Source of the DNA: Pirellulales bacterium
GTDB taxonomy: Bacteria > Planctomycetota > Planctomycetia > Pirellulales > PALSA-1355
DNA length: 64,000 bases
Reading direction: 5' to 3'
NCBI GenBank assembly: GCA_963733035.1
Contig: CAVTBU010000004.1
Coordinates: 32,001-96,000 of the forward strand
A program made the translations under genes and the position numbers. Of the stretch, positions 8,678-17,558 are shown piece by piece (the first letter of the stretch is position 1; each line of letters opens with the position of its first letter). The notes below the pieces were generated by a model that did not search any database, was not told the DNA's origin, and was given only the letters and a program-made list of their open reading frames with translations.

Positions 8678-9985
8678 TCACTTGGCCACCTCCGAGAGCC
8701 GCTCGGCCTTTTGGCCAGTGAACTTCTCCCACCGCTCGACGATCACGTCACAATAGAGCGGATCGAGTTCCATCAGGTACGCATGCCGGCCGGTTTGTTC
8801 TGCGGCAATCAGCGTCGACCCGCTGCCGCCAAACAGGTCGAGCACGTTCTCGCCCGGGCGTGACGAGTACTGCATCGCGCGAATGGCAAGCTCGACCGGT
8901 TTCTCGGTTAAATGCACCATCGACTGCGGGTTGATCTTCTTCACGCTCCACACGTCGACGGCGTTGTTCGGGCCGAGCCATTGGTGTGCCGCGCCTTCGC
9001 GCCAGCCATAGAAGCACCACTCGTGGTTGCCCATGAAATCCTTGCGGGTCAGCACGGGGTGCTCCTTGACCCAGATGATCGCCTGCGAGAAGTACAGCTC
9101 GCAGGCCTTCAGCACCGGCGGGTAGTTGGCACAGTTCGCATAGCCGCCCCAGATGTAGAACGCACGGCCGGGCTCAAGCACGCGGGCGATGTTACCGAAC
9201 CAGGCGGTCAGCAGTTGGTCGAAAGCCTCGTCCGAGACAAAGTCGTTCGCCAGCGGCCGGTCTTTCGCCCGGAGCTTCTTGCCAGTCGGTTTGGACTTCT
9301 CCGGATGCCGAGCCAGGTCGAGCGACTGGTGGTGCTTCGGACCGGCGAACGAACTCAGGCCGGCGGCGATGGCGTTGTTGCTGCGTGGCTCGACTTTGAC
9401 GTTATACGGCGGGTCGGTATTGACCAGGTGAATCTTGGACCCATCGAGCAGGCGGTCCAAGTCCTCGGCCTTGCTCGAGTCGCCACACAGGAGCCGGTGG
9501 TTCCCCAGGATCCACAGGTCGCCCGAATGCGTCGTGGCCTCGTCGGGAGGTGCAGGCACGTCATCCGGGTCGCACTGGCCTTCTTTGAGATCGGGATTGA
9601 GTATCTTGATCAGCTCGTCCTGATCGAATCCAAGTAGCGCCAAATCGAACTCCATCTCCTCCAAAGCGGCCAGTTCGATCGGCAGAAGCTCGAAGTCCCA
9701 CTCGGCGAGCTGGGCGGTCTGATTGTCGGCAATGCGGTACGCCCGGATCTGAGCTTCTGATAAATCCGTCGCGACGTGCACTGGTACTTGTTCGAGGCCC
9801 AATTTACAGGCCGCCTTCCAGCGGGTGTGCCCCACAATGATCACGCCGGCCTCATCGACCACGATCGGCTGGCGGAACCCGAACTCGCGCAGCGATGTTG
9901 CCACTGCGTCGACCGCCTCGTCGTTGTGCCTGGGATTGGCTTCGTAGGGCCGGATTTGCGAAACCTTGCGTAATTGGACTTCCAC
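8678..9985 (-). CDS. ParB/Srx N-terminal domain + N4/N6 DNA methyltransferase
   Basis: PYEANPRHN...FGFRQPIVVD...GHTR...AYRIADN (ParB-like); TDPPYN, HLTEKPV, VLDLFGGSGST (beta-class MTase); AAGGGAG SD before GTG at 9985. Confidence 0.92.
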   Translation of the reverse strand: MEVQLRKVSQIRPYEANPRHNDEAVDAVATSLREFGFRQPIVVDEAGVIIVGHTRWKAACKLGLEQVPVHVATDLSEAQIRAYRIADNQTAQLAEWDFELLPIELAALEEMEFDLALLGFDQDELIKILNPDLKEGQCDPDDVPAPPDEATTHSGDLWILGNHRLLCGDSSKAEDLDRLLDGSKIHLVNTDPPYNVKVEPRSNNAIAAGLSSFAGPKHHQSLDLARHPEKSKPTGKKLRAKDRPLANDFVSDEAFDQLLTAWFGNIARVLEPGRAFYIWGGYANCANYPPVLKACELYFSQAIIWVKEHPVLTRKDFMGNHEWCFYGWREGAAHQWLGPNNAVDVWSVKKINPQSMVHLTEKPVELAIRAMQYSSRPGENVLDLFGGSGSTLIAAEQTGRHAYLMELDPLYCDVIVERWEKFTGQKAERLSEVAK

Positions 9986-10033
9986 ATCAGACTCCCTTGA
10001 GGTGCCAACTCTGCTCACTCCAAGGCCGCGGCT

Positions 10034-10133
10034 GGAACCATCGGAACCTTGGAACCACACTTCCGGTTTGTTCACCTATGCGCTGCGCGTAAGGACTTAT
10101 CTGGCTTTCAGGTTCCAAAGTTCCAATCCTTCC
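10034..10133. repeat. Inverted clusters of GGAAC(C) repeats, candidate replication origin
   Basis: GGAACC at 10034, 10043, 10051; GGTTCC/GTTCC/CTTCC at 10111, 10120, 10129; directly downstream of the helicase gene. Confidence 0.6.
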
Positions 10134-10152
10134 GCCCCGCAACGATCGAGCC

Positions 10153-11676
10153 CTAATGCTCATGGCCCACAATCGAAATCCCGTCATACCAGACGCCGTT
10201 GCTCTTTCGGCGATGTATGCCACGACCACACATCACTCCACCGAATGTGCGCTGGCTCATGGCACGCTCGCCGGTTGTCTCACACCATCGGCAATACTCG
10301 CCATAGAGGTCGCTGGCTTTGACCGAAGATTGGGCGCCTTCGACGCAACGGTCTTCAATAAATGCACCGAGAACGTCTTGACTTTCACGATACTCGGAAG
10401 TCGCGTTGGCAATCACCTTCGACTGCCCCAATCCGTCGTTCTGCCATGCCAAGCAGCCCTCGACGAGCCATGCCAGAATGCCGGGATGCTCTGCAGCAAG
10501 ATGATCTCGAAGATGTTTGTCCGCCCGTAAACGCTCTGAGCCCGACTCGCCGCGATCGGGGTCCCAAAATCGCTGCTGAAACGGAATGAGCACTAGACGG
10601 CGCCAAATCCCGTGGTCCGTGCCGTGCACCCGCGGTTTCTGATTGGTCAGCAACAAGAGAGTGTGAGATGGCCGGAACTGCCAAAAATCTTCCCTCATAC
10701 GCCGGGCTTTTAGCGTATCGCCACCGGTGATTTCCTTCACAAATCCCTCTCGAAGTCTTCGGCCGTCATCGGTCTCACTTGCAACGACGAGGCGTTTCCC
10801 ATGCAAATCCGCGAGCTCCGTTGGATGTCGATCGTTCGGACGCGACATGAGCATTTCCGCATTGATTTTGCAAGCAAAGTCCGATCCAAGAACGTCCATA
10901 ATCGTCTCTATAAATAAGCCTTTGCCATTGGATCCGCCTCCATAGAAGATGGGGAGCAAGTGCTCAACGACCGTTCCGGTGAGAGCGTAGCCTAGAAGCC
11001 GCTGTATGAAACCGATTAATTCGCAGTCGTCGTCGAAGATCGTTGACACAGCCCTCGTCCATCGCTCGCAGCTTGCGTCAGGGTCGAATGGCACGGGACA
11101 GATTTTCGTCAGTAGGTCACTTCGATCGTGACGTCGTAGCTTGCCGGCCTGAAGATCTAACGTGCCGTTCAATACATTGAGCAGCGACGGTTGACGATCG
11201 AGTGAGTCGGGCAGAACCGACACTCCGGGCTCACTTTTTGCCAGCGAAAGCATGTTATTGATTCCGCGAGCGCTTGCCGTATGGCGGGCGAAGTTGGTCA
11301 GCCATCTTCCCGTCGTCGAGTCAGCGTCTGGCATTATCACGCCGACCGCCTTCCAGACGTCGCTTGCAACCTGCTTGGCCAGCTGTTCGACCTTTTTCGT
11401 CTCATCGACCTTCCATCGTTTACCGTCCCACACGAGCCACTTGCCCCAGGGTTCGCACCAGCGCACGTTCGTCCCATGCGCTTTACTAAACCGAATAGCG
11501 TTGGCAATATCAGTTCTTCCAGAGGGCAACCTAAGATCGATTGGTTCGGCAATGATCCTGACGTGATCAGGATCGCCGGTCACACTGTGACGCGATCCGT
11601 TTGTCTCAAAGCCGTTAGCCCCGTCGCCCCACGCGGCCTCCTGTGCCAACCTATTGAAATCCATTTCGTCGCTCAT
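10153..11676 (-). CDS. P4-family phage/plasmid primase C-terminal region (D5_N + SF3 helicase + wHTH)
   Basis: TDIANAIRF, WLVWDGKRW, LLNVLNGTLDL, YGGGSNGKG, LHGKRLVVASE, KEITGGD, TNQKP, GIWRRL. Confidence 0.92.
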   Translation of the reverse strand: MSDEMDFNRLAQEAAWGDGANGFETNGSRHSVTGDPDHVRIIAEPIDLRLPSGRTDIANAIRFSKAHGTNVRWCEPWGKWLVWDGKRWKVDETKKVEQLAKQVASDVWKAVGVIMPDADSTTGRWLTNFARHTASARGINNMLSLAKSEPGVSVLPDSLDRQPSLLNVLNGTLDLQAGKLRRHDRSDLLTKICPVPFDPDASCERWTRAVSTIFDDDCELIGFIQRLLGYALTGTVVEHLLPIFYGGGSNGKGLFIETIMDVLGSDFACKINAEMLMSRPNDRHPTELADLHGKRLVVASETDDGRRLREGFVKEITGGDTLKARRMREDFWQFRPSHTLLLLTNQKPRVHGTDHGIWRRLVLIPFQQRFWDPDRGESGSERLRADKHLRDHLAAEHPGILAWLVEGCLAWQNDGLGQSKVIANATSEYRESQDVLGAFIEDRCVEGAQSSVKASDLYGEYCRWCETTGERAMSQRTFGGVMCGRGIHRRKSNGVWYDGISIVGHEH

Positions 11677-12113
11677 CGTGCAACCCTGCGAGTAAGTCTG
11701 ATTCCTTGGCTCAAGGCGTAGCTCTCGATGGCATCGAGGGCGACAGAGAGGCGAGAAAGGCGCAGGACGAGCTTGCTGGCTGTTTCAATTGTTGCCTGCG
11801 AAGCGCCGGTAAGAGCCCTGATTCGCCGCCCCCAGACGTCTACAGTGCAGAATTCCGCGTCGCGAATCTCTTCCGCTCGCTCATTGATAGCGATCTGCGC
11901 CCAGTCAAACGCTTCCGCCACGCCGCCGGGACCCCTTTCGTCGTCGATGCGCACTAAGGCGCGGTATAGCCGCGTGCACAGCCATACTTCCATCGCGTCG
12001 GCTTGCCCAACGTTATCAAGTTCTGGCGTTCTCACTTGTGTAACCTCCTTCGAGGACCTGACCTCTACGACCCGATCCGGAGGGTCACCCACATCCGGCG
12101 TTGTTGAGTCCAA
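11673..12113 (-). CDS. Hypothetical protein
   Basis: ORF between the HTH gene and the helicase with a 4-nt stop/start overlap to the helicase; start uncertain. Confidence 0.55.
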   Translation of the reverse strand: MDSTTPDVGDPPDRVVEVRSSKEVTQVRTPELDNVGQADAMEVWLCTRLYRALVRIDDERGPGGVAEAFDWAQIAINERAEEIRDAEFCTVDVWGRRIRALTGASQATIETASKLVLRLSRLSVALDAIESYALSQGIRLTRRVAR

Positions 12114-12469
12114 TCGACGACCGCCGCAATGGGCTGCAACTGTCGCAGGTGTATCTGTTCGCGTCCCCGCTCAATCTCCGGAAGAAACAGAAGCTCTTCC
12201 TGAATGTCCGGGGCGAGCAGGAGCAGATTCATGATTTGCGTGACCCGAGCTCTGCTGACGTGACCCAGGCGGGCGATTTCGGCGTAGTCCCGAACCTTCC
12301 CAGCGCGGATCAAACCATCGAAGTGAACGGCCAGTGCCATCAAGCGAGCAACTCGAGGAATTCGGCCTGAGGGCGACTCGGTTACCCGCCGTGGCCCCTT
12401 CTGCAAAACCTTCCGACCATGTGCGCATCGCGCCACATGGAACTCACAGTCGACGGTCAGACTGCTCAT
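12065..12469 (-). CDS. HTH protein typically found downstream of DUF2924-type serine recombinases
   Basis: GRIPRVARLMALAVHFDGLIRAGKVRDYAEIARLGHVSRARVTQIMNLLLLAPDIQEELLFL; ATGA overlap with the recombinase stop. Confidence 0.8.
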   Translation of the reverse strand: MSSLTVDCEFHVARCAHGRKVLQKGPRRVTESPSGRIPRVARLMALAVHFDGLIRAGKVRDYAEIARLGHVSRARVTQIMNLLLLAPDIQEELLFLPEIERGREQIHLRQLQPIAAVVDWTQQRRMWVTLRIGS

Positions 12470-14031
12470 GCACTTTGCTCCTGTTTGTCCACGAGGCATT
12501 GCAGGCCCGTTGGATGGAAGGTGATCGACACCTTGCCGGCCACACCGTCGAAGTCGACTCGCTTTACCACCAGTTGGATCAACTGCACCTGCTCGCGCGG
12601 AGTGAGCGCATTCCACACGGGATCGAACTGCGACAGGGCCTTGGCGGCTAGCTGCTCGTCCAATGCCTCTCGGCGAAGATGGTCGAGTTGATCGTCGATT
12701 TCGGCGAGGCGAGCTTCCCCGACGCGGATTCGCTCTAGCAGGTCCGCCAGGCGAGCAACGGCTGGCGAGTCGACGTCTCCCGAAGTCGCTGGCCCCAATA
12801 GGCCACGGCTGTCGGCACTACGGCGCGACAGTTCACGCTCGAGCGCACGCCGTTCCGACTTCAGCTCAGTGGTACGCAATTCCGACTGTCTGCGGGCCTG
12901 CTGCAGCGTTTCAGCAACCAACGTCGGATCGCCGCCCAGGCTCCCAATCTGGTCGACAACCACCTGCTCGATCTGATGCGCGGGCACGGACGGGGATGGA
13001 CAGGCTCCGCGACCGTTCTGCTGACCGTGCTGACAGCGATAATATCGGTATCGCTTTTGGCGATCCTTGGTCGCATACGTGGGCGTCATTAAACAGCCGC
13101 AGGCCACGCACCACACAATCCCTTTGAGCAAAGCGTTCGACTTGTTTCTGGCGGCCGAGCCGCCCCGTTGGCTGTTCCGGGCAAGCTGTTCCTGGGTGCG
13201 CTGCCAAGTTTCCGGGTCCACGATCGCGTCGTGCTGGCCATCGTAGATTTCACGCTTGTACTGCGTTTTGCCGATATACGTGACGTTGGTCAGCAGCCGG
13301 TGCAGACTCGTCTTGGTAAATGCCTTTCCCCCAAGACGGCGGCCATCCTTGGTCGTTGATACCTTGCCTTTCCGGCCTCGCCTAACCAGCTCTTGGACAA
13401 CTGAAATCAGCCCTCCCAATTTCAGGTACAGCCGAAATATCTCCCGGACCAGCTCAGCCTCCGGTGCATTGACCACCAATCGCCTATCCACGACGTCATA
13501 ACCCAACACGGGCCGGCCACCCAGCCAATAGCCCCTCCGTCGTGCCGCGGCCATCTTGTCGCGTGTCCGCTCCGAAATCATTTCCCGTTCAAATTCGGCG
13601 AAGCTGAGCAGCATGTTCAGCATCAGGCGTCCTGACGGCGTGGTCGTGTTGAACGCCTGAGTGACGCTGACAAACATCACGTTGTGCTTCTGGCAAAGAT
13701 CCATCAGCCACAGAAAATCGCGAAGCGACCGGCTAATGCGATCGACCTTGTAGACAACAATGCAGTCGATCTTGCCCCCAATAAGGTCTTCCTTAAGGCT
13801 GCGAAGCCCAGGTCGTTCCATATTGGCGCCGGAATACCCCAGGTCGTCGTAGCGCTTCTCAACGCACTCCCAGCCTTCCTGTCGCTGACTGGCGACGAAC
13901 GCCACGCCCGAGTCTCGTTGGGCTTCAATCGAGGTGTAGCCCTGGTCGGCACCTTCGGATGTGGACTTACGCGTGTAAACCGCGCACCGATAGATGGTTT
14001 TGAACTTCCAATGCTTCGGGTCTGCTTTCAT
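12466..14031 (-). CDS. Large serine recombinase (resolvase + recombinase + zinc-ribbon domains)
   Basis: CAVYTRKS (catalytic Ser), DLGYSGANMERPGL, YKVDRISRS, FAEFEREMISERTRDK, GGRPVLGYD, CxxC...YYRC...C. Confidence 0.95.
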   Translation of the reverse strand: MKADPKHWKFKTIYRCAVYTRKSTSEGADQGYTSIEAQRDSGVAFVASQRQEGWECVEKRYDDLGYSGANMERPGLRSLKEDLIGGKIDCIVVYKVDRISRSLRDFLWLMDLCQKHNVMFVSVTQAFNTTTPSGRLMLNMLLSFAEFEREMISERTRDKMAAARRRGYWLGGRPVLGYDVVDRRLVVNAPEAELVREIFRLYLKLGGLISVVQELVRRGRKGKVSTTKDGRRLGGKAFTKTSLHRLLTNVTYIGKTQYKREIYDGQHDAIVDPETWQRTQEQLARNSQRGGSAARNKSNALLKGIVWCVACGCLMTPTYATKDRQKRYRYYRCQHGQQNGRGACPSPSVPAHQIEQVVVDQIGSLGGDPTLVAETLQQARRQSELRTTELKSERRALERELSRRSADSRGLLGPATSGDVDSPAVARLADLLERIRVGEARLAEIDDQLDHLRREALDEQLAAKALSQFDPVWNALTPREQVQLIQLVVKRVDFDGVAGKVSITFHPTGLQCLVDKQEQSA

Positions 14032-14505
14032 GGCTTACCTCCAGCCAGTCCAAAGAACTGGTAGCCATTGCAGTGCGAACCGGTGATCTTCTTGGCCAAC
14101 CCCGAAAGGGATTTAAAACGCTCGCCTTCGTACTCGAATCCGTCGGTGACGACTTTCACTTGCAGGGTTCGGCCCTTGTAGGTGCGAGTGATGACCGTAC
14201 CTGGTACAGGCAACCGGTGGTCACGGGTTACCACGGCGTGCCTCGGAACTTCCGGTACGGTTCCGTTCTGCTTCGGAGGCGAAAGTCGCAGGTCGGATTC
14301 GCGCCAGTTCGGCGGCTCGCCGCTGTGCACGTTCGGACAGGCCGCCTTCGGCCAGAGCTTGTAGTCGCCACGCGATACGCTTGACTAACCAGTTCTTGTG
14401 GCGAGCCCCCGTCGGTTCGCCAAAGACTTCGGCGTACTTTGAGCGAAGCTCGTCGACCGTCATTTGCTGCAGCTCAATCAGCGTGCTCGCAAGGTGCAAT
14501 GTCAC
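14028..14505 (-). CDS. DUF2924 domain protein, frameshift at ~14302
   Basis: ELRSKYAEVFGE...WLVKRIAWRLQALAEGGLSERA + DLRLSPP...RLPVPGTVITRTYKG...FEYEGERFKSLSGLAKKITGSHCNGYQFFGL. Confidence 0.85.
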
Positions 14506-14711
14506 GGGTCCTCCTTTCTCGGCTCTCGTCGGCCGTTAACCCCATGGACACTGAGCACGGTTTCCGACGAAACCTCAAGGCATGTTTCCGGCTGGCCGCA
14601 ACGAATGTCCGCCGCGTTACAAGATGCAGCCGATTTGCGTTGCAATCGCAGCAATCCTGTCGCCAGGATGTTCGCTAGTTCGGCCCGTCGAGGTTCGACT
14701 TCTGGCGGCAA
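14502..14711 (-). CDS. Small hypothetical protein upstream of DUF2924
   Basis: RRAELANILATGLLRL; GGAGG SD; stop overlaps the DUF2924 start. Confidence 0.6.
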   Translation of the reverse strand: MPPEVEPRRAELANILATGLLRLQRKSAASCNAADIRCGQPETCLEVSSETVLSVHGVNGRREPRKEDP

Positions 14712-15083
14712 AATAAACCTCCTCCCTGATGTCTCTTCGTTACGGTCCGACTCAGCCCGGTCGTCTGATGACAGCCGGAGTGAACACAGCTCAGTCTAGC
14801 GCCCGACTACGAATCGTGGGCGGCCGAATGCGCCAGGTGGGGCCTCGTACGTCAATAGATGGGTTTCTCAGGCACGCCAGGCGCGCTTGCGCAGCAAGAC
14901 GATCTGTTAACTCGTCGCCAAAGTCGGTCAGAGAGTCCGAGAGTTTGCGGGTGTCTCGCGCGGGGTTCGATCGATACCATGAAGGTTACGAGCGGGCCCC
15001 CGAAAGATCTTTTCAAACCCGAGAGAGGACCTAGAGAGACGGCGATTGACAGAAGGTCGGCCGACGTAGCGGGATAAACGCCA

Positions 15084-15117
15084 AACGCCCGCTCACCGGG
15101 GATCGGCGACGGGCGTT
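15084..15117 (-). terminator. Hairpin downstream of tRNA-Asn
   Basis: AACGCCCG...CGGGCGTT inverted repeat, with T-rich sequence following on the minus strand. Confidence 0.4.
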
Positions 15118-15155
15118 AACTCAAATGGAGGCGGGATTTTGCATCCCCTCAAGAG

Positions 15156-15229
<74 letters not shown>

Positions 15230-15245
15230 GTGTGGTAAACGATCT

Positions 15246-15274
15246 AATTTAGTGCGATTTTTGTCATTCGGCAA
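15246..15274 (-). promoter_or_regulatory. Sigma70-like promoter of tRNA-Asn
   Basis: TTGCCG-N17-TAAATT on the minus strand. Confidence 0.5.
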
Positions 15275-15549
15275 GCCGCAATCTTGGCCACGGCCAGCAG
15301 GCCAATAAGTGCCAGTGGTGCGGGTTTTGCCTTTCATGACAGGCGCTTTACGACGGAACAACATGTCCTTGCTCATTTGTTGCCGGCGCCGGGGAAGTTC
15401 CCGTGGTAGGATCTAGAGAAACCTTCCCGATTTGATAGAGTTTCCCGCCGCTAGTTGCTCCTCGCCGAATCGGAACCGGTAGTTTGGAGCTCATTCCAGG
15501 TTTGTAAACTGGGCATCCTCTGCCCTGGTTCGATCCCTAGGACACGCTG

Positions 15550-17517
15550 ATGATGGATGATTCGGTCTTGTCAGCCATCGAAGGTCGGCGCCGTGTGGTC
15601 GTCGAGAATGTGCAGCCGACCGTCGATTGCGGCCGCTTCCCAATCAAGCGTACGCCAGGCGAGCAAGTGGTCGTTACGGCCGACGTCTTTGCCGACGGCC
15701 ACGACACCGTACGTGCGGCCCTGCTATGGCGGATCCGGGGAGAAACCGTCTGGCGTATTTCGGCCATGACAGGCCTGGGCAACGATCGATGGCAAGGCTC
15801 GTTCCCGATCGACACGATGGCGCCGTATGAGTATGCCGTTCGCGGCTGGGTGGACGCCTTCGAAACATGGCATCACGACCTCAAGAAGCGGATCGATGCC
15901 GAGCAGGATATCGATATCGATTTGCAAATCGGAGCGAAACTCCTGGGTGAAGCGGCAGGGCGTGCCGACGGCGAGGATGCGGCACGTCTACGACATTGGC
16001 AAAGTGTCTTGGCGACGAACCACAATGTATCTGCCTATCAAGCGGCCGCCGCCGAGCTGGAGGAGGTGGCGCTACGACATCCCGATCTCCGATTTGCCGT
16101 GGAATCGACTCCGTTGGCGGTCGACGTCGAACGACAGCGGGCTCGCTTCAGCAGCTGGTACGAGTTTTTCCCCCGTTCGACGACTGGCGACCCAAATCGC
16201 CATGGCACCTTTCGCGACTGCATTGGTTGGATACCCCGAATCGCCGAGATGGGCTTCGATGTGATCTACCTGCCGCCGATCCATCCAATCGGCCAGCAGT
16301 TTCGCAAAGGCAAGAACAACCGCACCGAGGCCCAAGCTGACGACGTGGGTTCTCCGTGGGCGATCGGGTCCGAAGAAGGGGGCCACAAAGCAATCCATCC
16401 CCAGCTAGGTACCCTCGAAGATTTCCATGCCCTCGTGGCGGCAGCTAATGAACGAGGCATGGACGTTGCACTGGATATCGCTTTCCAATGTTCACCCGAT
16501 CACCCGTATGTGAAGGAGCATCCAGAGTGGTTCCGTGCACGTCCCGACGGCACGATCCAATACGCAGAAAACCCGCCCAAGAAGTATCAAGACATCTACC
16601 CCTTCGACTTCGAAACGCCTGAGTGGCAGTCGCTGTGGCGCGAGTTGGCGGACGTCTTCCTTTATTGGTGCGAGCAGGGCGTGCGGATGTTTCGCGTCGA
16701 CAATCCACACACGAAATCGCTTGCATTTTGGGAATTCTGCCTGGCGGAAGTGAAAGCAAGATTTCCAGATACGATCTTTCTCTCCGAAGCTTTCACTCGC
16801 CCTCGCGTGATGTATCGCCTGGCGAAACTCGGCTTTTCACAGTCCTACACCTATTTCACGTGGCGCAACACTTCGCAGGAACTGACCGAATACTTTACGG
16901 AGCTAACGCAGCCACCTGTCAAGGATTTCTTCCGACCCAACTTGTGGCCAAATACTCCCGATATTCTGCCCGAGCATTTGCAAGTCGGTGGCAGGGCGGC
17001 ATTTATCGCGAGATTGGTGTTGGCCGGAACTCTCTCGTCGAATTACGGCCTCTACGGCCCCGCGTTTGAAACGATGCAGCACTTGCCGCGCGAGGCCGGC
17101 AGCGAAGAATACCTCCATTCGGAGAAGTATCAGATTCGAGCCTGGGATTTCAGCAGCCCAGGTGACCTTGGAGACCTGATTAGCAAGCTCAATCGAGTTC
17201 GGAGAGAGAATCCAGCACTGCAGTGGAACGAAAGGCTGGTCTTTCATCGGACCGATAACGATCGCATTTTGTGCTACAGCAAGCGGAGTGAGGATGGATG
17301 CAATCTACTTCTGATCGCCGTCAATCTGAATTTTCGCGACACGGAGCAAGGCTTCCTCCGTTTGCAGATGGACCAGCTGGGGCTTTCGCTAGACCGCCCT
17401 TACCAACTCCACGACTTGCTCACGGACCAGATGTTCACCTGGCAGGGAGACCGAAACTTCGTCAAGCTCGACCCACAAAAGCTGCCAGCTCACATATTTC
17501 GAATCGCGCAAGCGTGA
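15550..17517 (+). CDS. glgE: Alpha-1,4-glucan:maltose-1-phosphate maltosyltransferase (GH13)
   Basis: SSWYEFFPRS, YLPPIHPIG, GSPWAIG, YAENPPKKYQDIYP, FRVDNPHTK, FLSEAFTRP, PNTPDIL. Confidence 0.96.
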   Translation: MMDDSVLSAIEGRRRVVVENVQPTVDCGRFPIKRTPGEQVVVTADVFADGHDTVRAALLWRIRGETVWRISAMTGLGNDRWQGSFPIDTMAPYEYAVRGWVDAFETWHHDLKKRIDAEQDIDIDLQIGAKLLGEAAGRADGEDAARLRHWQSVLATNHNVSAYQAAAAELEEVALRHPDLRFAVESTPLAVDVERQRARFSSWYEFFPRSTTGDPNRHGTFRDCIGWIPRIAEMGFDVIYLPPIHPIGQQFRKGKNNRTEAQADDVGSPWAIGSEEGGHKAIHPQLGTLEDFHALVAAANERGMDVALDIAFQCSPDHPYVKEHPEWFRARPDGTIQYAENPPKKYQDIYPFDFETPEWQSLWRELADVFLYWCEQGVRMFRVDNPHTKSLAFWEFCLAEVKARFPDTIFLSEAFTRPRVMYRLAKLGFSQSYTYFTWRNTSQELTEYFTELTQPPVKDFFRPNLWPNTPDILPEHLQVGGRAAFIARLVLAGTLSSNYGLYGPAFETMQHLPREAGSEEYLHSEKYQIRAWDFSSPGDLGDLISKLNRVRRENPALQWNERLVFHRTDNDRILCYSKRSEDGCNLLLIAVNLNFRDTEQGFLRLQMDQLGLSLDRPYQLHDLLTDQMFTWQGDRNFVKLDPQKLPAHIFRIAQA

Positions 17518-17558
17518 AACGCGTGGCTGGTGGAACTGGCCTTCTATAGTAAAGACAC

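Larger units (their letters stand above)
2200..15150 (-). mobile_element. Integrated phage-satellite/prophage-remnant-like element (DUF2924 + large serine recombinase type) adjacent to tRNA-Asn; left boundary approximate
   Basis: Serine recombinase, DUF2924, P4-type helicase, ParB-MTase, two terminase modules and a tyrosine recombinase; almost all on the minus strand; abuts the tRNA 3' end. Confidence 0.85.

Noticed and set aside
7488..8732. 414-aa minus-strand ORF and similar long antisense ORFs (5329-6096, 19770-20825, 25647-26849, 32889-34052, 56685-57641)
   Set aside because: Shadow ORFs opposite well-supported genes, as expected in high-GC DNA.
1..15150. Direct-repeat duplication of the tRNA-Asn 3' end defining attL/attR
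   Set aside because: No second copy was found by eye within the window, so the island's left boundary remains approximate.
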